Positions 59,748 through 64,000 of a stretch of DNA of 64,000 nt are shown piece by piece. Made by a program: the position numbers and the translations under genes. This DNA comes from Nitrospinales bacterium. Lineage in GTDB: Bacteria > Nitrospinota > Nitrospinia > Nitrospinales > VA-1. Position 1 is the stretch's first letter. Every line of letters starts with the position of its first letter. The notes beneath the pieces were generated by a model, which worked only from the letters and a program-made list of their open reading frames with translations, did no database searches and was not told the origin of the DNA. The stretch spans positions 2,688,001 to 2,752,000 of the forward strand of contig CBDCWG010000012.1 of assembly GCA_965223345.1 (NCBI GenBank), written 5' to 3'.

Positions 59748-59870
59748 ATGCGCTTTAGAGGATCTGCGCCCCGATATGCGAGTAAAAAGCCCACCTTGCG
59801 CGGTGCGCGTCTGGTAAAATAAAACCTCATTCAACAATCCCTTATGCAGTGAGGATTCTGGGAGAACGCT

Positions 59871-60350
59871 ATGGGAAAAATAGACGCGATGATCAAGGAA
59901 AACCTGTCCGAGGACGGCTCGGTCCTGACTCTGCGGGAAAAATATCTGGGAGTGCGGGGTGTGATGGCGCTCGCGGACAACCCGGCGCTGGCCAATGTCA
60001 AAAAGCTGGTTCTTCCCGGCAACCAGGCGAGCGACGAAGGGGCCGAGGCGCTGGCGCAGTCGCCGTATCTGGGCAACCTGGAGCATCTGAACCTCAACCA
60101 CAACGAGATCGGTGACGATGGGGCTGTGGCTCTAGCCAATACGGACAAACTGCCGAAGCTGAACGACCTCACCATGTTCGGCAACGCAATCGGCGATGAA
60201 GGCGCGAAAGCGTTCGCGGATTCGGCGCACAGCAAAAAATACATCAAGCTCGACCTGTACAAGAACCAGTTTTCCAACGTGGGCTACAAAGCGCTCACCG
60301 AATCGGAAAACCTGAAGAACTGCGAGGAGCTGGAAATCTACCGGGATTAG
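59871..60350 (+). CDS. Leucine-rich repeat protein (RI-like)
   Basis: Repeats LxLxxNxIGD(D/E)GAxALA, about 28 aa period. Confidence 0.85.
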   Translation: MGKIDAMIKENLSEDGSVLTLREKYLGVRGVMALADNPALANVKKLVLPGNQASDEGAEALAQSPYLGNLEHLNLNHNEIGDDGAVALANTDKLPKLNDLTMFGNAIGDEGAKAFADSAHSKKYIKLDLYKNQFSNVGYKALTESENLKNCEELEIYRD

Positions 60351-60634
60351 CCCTGCGATTCCCACTCACCGGGCGTGACGGTTTTGATCTGCAGGGCGTG
60401 GATCAGCTTGGGCGTGCCGTTGATGTGGCTGTCCAGAGCGCTGTACACCATGCGCCGCCGGTCGAGAGGATTGACGTTTTCGAATTTGGGCGAGACGACG
60501 ATCACCGAGTAATGCCCTCCCCCGCCGGCTGCCTTGTGCCCGCGATGCAAATGGCTTTCGTCGATGATGTCCACGTGTTGCGCAGCCAGTTCGCTGCGCA
60601 GTTGCTGTTCGATCAGTTCGGGTGTGTTGTCCAT
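60347..60634 (-). CDS. bolA: BolA family protein
   Basis: DESHLHRGH, HYSVIVVSPKF, RRMVY, IHALQI. Confidence 0.9.
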   Translation of the reverse strand: MDNTPELIEQQLRSELAAQHVDIIDESHLHRGHKAAGGGGHYSVIVVSPKFENVNPLDRRRMVYSALDSHINGTPKLIHALQIKTVTPGEWESQG

Positions 60635-60662
60635 GATGCCTGAATAGGAATGCGCGTTCGCG

Positions 60663-60878
60663 TTATTTATCCTCGCCCGGCGGTGTGCCGAGGTCGGGCA
60701 GATTCATGAAATCCTTCAAAGATTGATCGTACCGGGCCTGCGCCTCGTGCTCCTCGATGGTGAGCAGCGGCGCTCTGCATTTGGCGCAGACGGGCAGCCG
60801 GTCGGCCTGGTATTTCCGCACCCGGTTTTTGACTTGGCATTTCGGGCAGGGTACAATGATAAAAGGAATTTCAGCCAT
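60663..60878 (-). CDS. Small zinc-finger protein (like the thioredoxin-2 N-terminal Zn domain)
   Basis: CPKCQVKNRV...PVCAKCRAPL. Confidence 0.7.
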   Translation of the reverse strand: MAEIPFIIVPCPKCQVKNRVRKYQADRLPVCAKCRAPLLTIEEHEAQARYDQSLKDFMNLPDLGTPPGEDK

Positions 60879-60904
60879 ACAGCATGATAGCAGACGCGCC
60901 CGCA

Positions 60905-61019
60905 AAAGAAAACTGCGGCGCTCAAACCCCGGCACCTCGGAGTGAAAATCCACGGTGGCGCCGATGTCCCGTGCCGGGACGACGGCGACCGCGTCTTCGA
61001 TGCGAGGCGGTTTTGACAT
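60905..61019 (-). pseudogene. Possible remnant of a glyoxalase/bleomycin-resistance (VOC) gene
   Basis: GAGGTG RBS, then MSKPPRIEDAVAVVPARDIGATVDFHSEVPGFE, after which similarity is lost. Confidence 0.4.
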
Positions 61020-61077
61020 GACTTCACCTCAAGAAATGAAACGACTCTAAAGCGTTTCACACAGGTAAAGGTGTCCC

Positions 61078-61356
61078 ATGCAATTCAACTATTCGACCGA
61101 TCCGCGACTCAAACTGCCGCTCAAAAACAAAATCTTTTTGTTTGTCGGTCTGGCGGTGGGGCTTTGCCTGCTCTTCGTGTTTGCCTTCACCTTTTTCATC
61201 GTCGCCCTGGTGGCGGGGACCGTGCTGTATTTCATAGCCTGGCTGCAAAAGCCCGGCAAACGGCCTCCGCTGAACCGGGAGGGTTCGTTCCCGAACGCCC
61301 GCACCCGGCCCTACCAGAAACCGCACGGCCGGGACGACGATGTGATCGACATCTGA
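61078..61356 (+). CDS. Small membrane protein
   Basis: Long hydrophobic hairpin; C-terminal DDDVIDI. Confidence 0.65.
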   Translation: MQFNYSTDPRLKLPLKNKIFLFVGLAVGLCLLFVFAFTFFIVALVAGTVLYFIAWLQKPGKRPPLNREGSFPNARTRPYQKPHGRDDDVIDI

Positions 61357-61387
61357 CCCTCTGTTCCCGATCAAACAAACGCACGCA

Positions 61388-62776
61388 TCAGCGGCGCGGC
61401 CGTTTGTAGATGTGGATGGCCTGGCCGCCGAAGGTCTCCGCCGCTTCCATGAGGGTTTCGGAAACCGTGGGGTGCGGGTGCACGCTGTGCGCGATGTCTC
61501 TGGCGTTTGCGCCCAGCTCGACGGCGAGCACCGCTTCCGAGATCAAATCTCCCGCGCCCGCACCGACGATGCCGGCGCCGAGAACCTTTCCCGTCTCCGG
61601 TTCCACAACCCACTGGGTCAGCCCTTCGCCGCGCCCCAGAATCTGGGCTTTGCCGGAGGCGCTCCAGGGAAAGCGCGCCAGCTGCACGTCCCGGCCCTGC
61701 TCTTTCGCCTCGGTGGCGGTGAGGCCGCACCAGGCGATCTCCGGATCGGTGAACACCACGGCGGGGATGACGGGCGGTTTTTCGCGCGTGCCCCCGTTTG
61801 CGATCGCATCGACGGCGGCCTTGGCGTCGGCGGTGGCTTTGTGCGCGAGCTGCATGCCGCCTGCGACGTCGCCGATCGCATAAATGCTGGGATCGGCGGT
61901 GCGTCCGTTCGCATCCACTTCGATGAATCCGCGGTCGTTCACTCGGGCTTGCGTGTTTTCCAGACCCAGATCGCTTGAATTTGGCTGACGGCCGATGGCG
62001 ACCAGAACCGCATCGAAGCTCGCGTTTTCGGCCTCGCCATCGAATTCGGCGTGGATGGTGCTGCCCTGTTTTTTCATGGCTGTGACGCGGGTGTTGAGAT
62101 GGATGCTTGCAAAATTCCGCTTCAGCCGCGTCTGCAACGGCCGCACCAGTTCCCGGTCCACACCGGGCAGCAGTCCGTCGGTCAACTCGGCGACCGTGAC
62201 GCGGCTGCCGAGCGCGGCGTAGACGGTGCCCAATTCCAGGCCGATGTAACCGCCGCCCACGACCAGCAGGCGCTCCGGGATGGCATCGAGCTTGAGCGCC
62301 GCGGTGGAATCCCACACACCGGCGTCGCTCATGTTCCGAGGGATCAGCGGACTCGATCCGGTGGCGACGATGCAGCGGTCGAAATTCAGCGTTTCCCCGC
62401 CTGCGATTGCCAATGTGTTGGCGTCGCGCAGCACGCCCCTCCCCTGCACTTTGACGACGTTTCTCTGTTTGCAGAGGGCGTTTAGACCGCCGGTCATCTT
62501 TTCGATGACGCCGCTTTTCCAGCTGCGGATCTGTTCCAGGTCGATGCGGGGTTCGCCGAAGTCCAGGCCGCAATGTTTCGCGGCGCGTGTTTCCTCGATG
62601 AGTTTCGCGAGGTGCAGCAGGGCCTTGGAGGGAATGCAGCCGCGGTGCAGGCAGACGCCGCCGGGCTCAGCGTCGGCATCGACGAGGGTGACCTGCATTC
62701 CCCTGTCCGCCGCCAGGAACGCGGCGGCGTATCCGCCCGGCCCGGCGCCGAGGACCACCAGTTTGTTATCGGCCAT
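61388..62776 (-). CDS. lpdA: Dihydrolipoyl dehydrogenase
   Basis: GAGPGGY, GGVCLHRGCIPSK, GGGYIGLE, HPHPTVSE. Confidence 0.95.
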   Translation of the reverse strand: MADNKLVVLGAGPGGYAAAFLAADRGMQVTLVDADAEPGGVCLHRGCIPSKALLHLAKLIEETRAAKHCGLDFGEPRIDLEQIRSWKSGVIEKMTGGLNALCKQRNVVKVQGRGVLRDANTLAIAGGETLNFDRCIVATGSSPLIPRNMSDAGVWDSTAALKLDAIPERLLVVGGGYIGLELGTVYAALGSRVTVAELTDGLLPGVDRELVRPLQTRLKRNFASIHLNTRVTAMKKQGSTIHAEFDGEAENASFDAVLVAIGRQPNSSDLGLENTQARVNDRGFIEVDANGRTADPSIYAIGDVAGGMQLAHKATADAKAAVDAIANGGTREKPPVIPAVVFTDPEIAWCGLTATEAKEQGRDVQLARFPWSASGKAQILGRGEGLTQWVVEPETGKVLGAGIVGAGAGDLISEAVLAVELGANARDIAHSVHPHPTVSETLMEAAETFGGQAIHIYKRPRR

Positions 62777-62813
62777 GAATGGTTTCCATTTATGAGTTGA
62801 AGGTTTTTCTTTT

Positions 62814-62909
62814 TGTCACCCTGAGCTTGTCAAAGGGTGCGGATTGCGCTGTAATATATCCGTGCTTCGAGAGACCTGTCCCGAGCCTGCCGAAGGACTC
62901 AGCATGACA
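62814..62909. repeat. Inverted REP-like doublet with a nested unit, copy 4
   Basis: TGTCACCCTGAGCTTGTCAAAGGG...GCTTCGAGAGA[CCTGTCCCGAGCCTGCCGAAGG]ACTCAGCATGACA. Confidence 0.8.
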
Positions 62910-62933
62910 GCATAGACTATGCGGTTGGTTTGT

Positions 62934-63506
62934 CTAGCGGTGGCGTTTGCGGCTGAGTTGTTCCCATTGCCGCGGCGGCGATTTCTCCCGCGATTTGCTG
63001 AGCAGGTAGTTGAAGATCCGCTTCGCATCCTCTTTGCGGGTATGAGTTCCCTGCAGCCGGGACACCCAGCTCTGCTCCAGTTCGATAAAACTCTGCAACT
63101 GCCGCCCCACTTTTTTCACGATCTGCAGGTTGCTCAGGTCCGAGGAACGTTCGGCCGCCGCATTTTGCTTGTCTCCGAAGCGGATGCGCGTTGCCTTGCT
63201 GGCAGACGGCGGTTTGCCCGTCTCCGCAGCGGCGATTTCCGGTTTGCGGCCCAACAGGCCCGAAAGGGCGAATCCGGAATCGGTGCGGCTCAAGGCGTCG
63301 AGACGCTCCACGAGGCGATCCTTGAGCGCGGCGTCGTCCAGCGAATCGTCGATGCCCGCAAGCGACCAGCTATCGTCGCCGGAGACCTCGAAGACGTCCA
63401 GGTCGGCGAGGTGGTGCAGGTACGCCCGCATGTCGCCGCTCTTGAAATCGCCCGGCGCGAGATTCGCCTCGAACCAGGCTTCCCATTGTGCGCAGTTTTT
63501 TTTCAT
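62934..63506 (-). CDS. Hypothetical protein
   Basis: 190 aa ORF directly downstream of the MOSC gene. Confidence 0.55.
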   Translation of the reverse strand: MKKNCAQWEAWFEANLAPGDFKSGDMRAYLHHLADLDVFEVSGDDSWSLAGIDDSLDDAALKDRLVERLDALSRTDSGFALSGLLGRKPEIAAAETGKPPSASKATRIRFGDKQNAAAERSSDLSNLQIVKKVGRQLQSFIELEQSWVSRLQGTHTRKEDAKRIFNYLLSKSREKSPPRQWEQLSRKRHR

Positions 63507-63527
63507 GCTGATTGCCGAACGCCGCCG

Positions 63528-64000
63528 TCAGGAAACCTTTTCCAGCCGTTTGCTGAACGTGCCTTTCCAGCTTGCGGACAACGGCTCGATGGCAAGGATG
63601 CGCCGCAGGTTTTCCGCATCGGACCGGTTTTTGTGCATCAGGTCGTTGGCCTGCTGCACCGAAAACGCCCCCGGTCCCGATTCGAGAAGCTGCACCGCCG
63701 TTCCGGGTTCGACCCAGCCCGGTTCCAGGACGCGCAGGTAGTAGCCGCTGAAGCCCGAAGACTGCACCTGCTGGATGAGGTCCGGCCGGTCCCAGAAGCG
63801 GCTGAGCGTGCGGCAGGGCTGCCTCGGCTGCGTGCACTGCACTTTGGCCTCGCCGATGCGGAACACGTCGCCGATGTGCACCTGCGTTTCCGGCAGGCCG
63901 GTCACGCTGAGGTTTTCGCCGAACGCGCCATAGGCAAGCGGTTTGCCGTACAGCTTTTCCCAGTGCGGGTAGTGATCGACGCAGTAGACGCACACCGCCT
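63528..64000 (-). CDS. MOSC domain protein (YiiM-like); 5' end outside the window
   Basis: AFGENL, IGDVFRIG, QPRQPC, GYYLRVLEPG. Confidence 0.9.
   Translation of the reverse strand, partial: AVCVYCVDHYPHWEKLYGKPLAYGAFGENLSVTGLPETQVHIGDVFRIGEAKVQCTQPRQPCRTLSRFWDRPDLIQQVQSSGFSGYYLRVLEPGWVEPGTAVQLLESGPGAFSVQQANDLMHKNRSDAENLRRILAIEPLSASWKGTFSKRLEKVS

Overview
A GC-rich, gene-dense bacterial chromosomal segment with about 70 CDS. I found no rRNA, tRNA, CRISPR array, prophage or intact IS element. The gene content, especially a CydA-like 'bd-like' oxidase subunit paired with a membrane diheme cytochrome c and no cydB, suggests a Nitrospina/Nitrospinota-like nitrite oxidiser (inference only). Housekeeping blocks include yceD-rpmF-plsX-fabH-fabD-fabG-acpP-fabF-rnc, xerD, fbp-hisS-fur, acs, rdgB, rlmN, murJ-thrH, mgtE and lpdA. 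The most striking observation is a Fur-boxed two-gene iron-uptake operon (cytochrome c-FTR1 permease plus PepSY-TM/beta-propeller protein) whose two unrelated proteins end in the same gaplessly aligning His/Cys-rich domain (HDMxEHIxxHxxxC-x17-H-x8-H). Other leads are a candidate structured sRNA with its own promoter between convergent genes, an HPPD-like single-domain dioxygenase paired with an FAD 2-hydroxyacid dehydrogenase, a large HPr-domain fusion behind a terminator that abuts its RBS, a divergent FabI-like reductase, a lipoyl-like domain lacking its lysine, a MoxR module and nested REP-like repeats. All functional calls come from reading motifs by eye; no database search was run.
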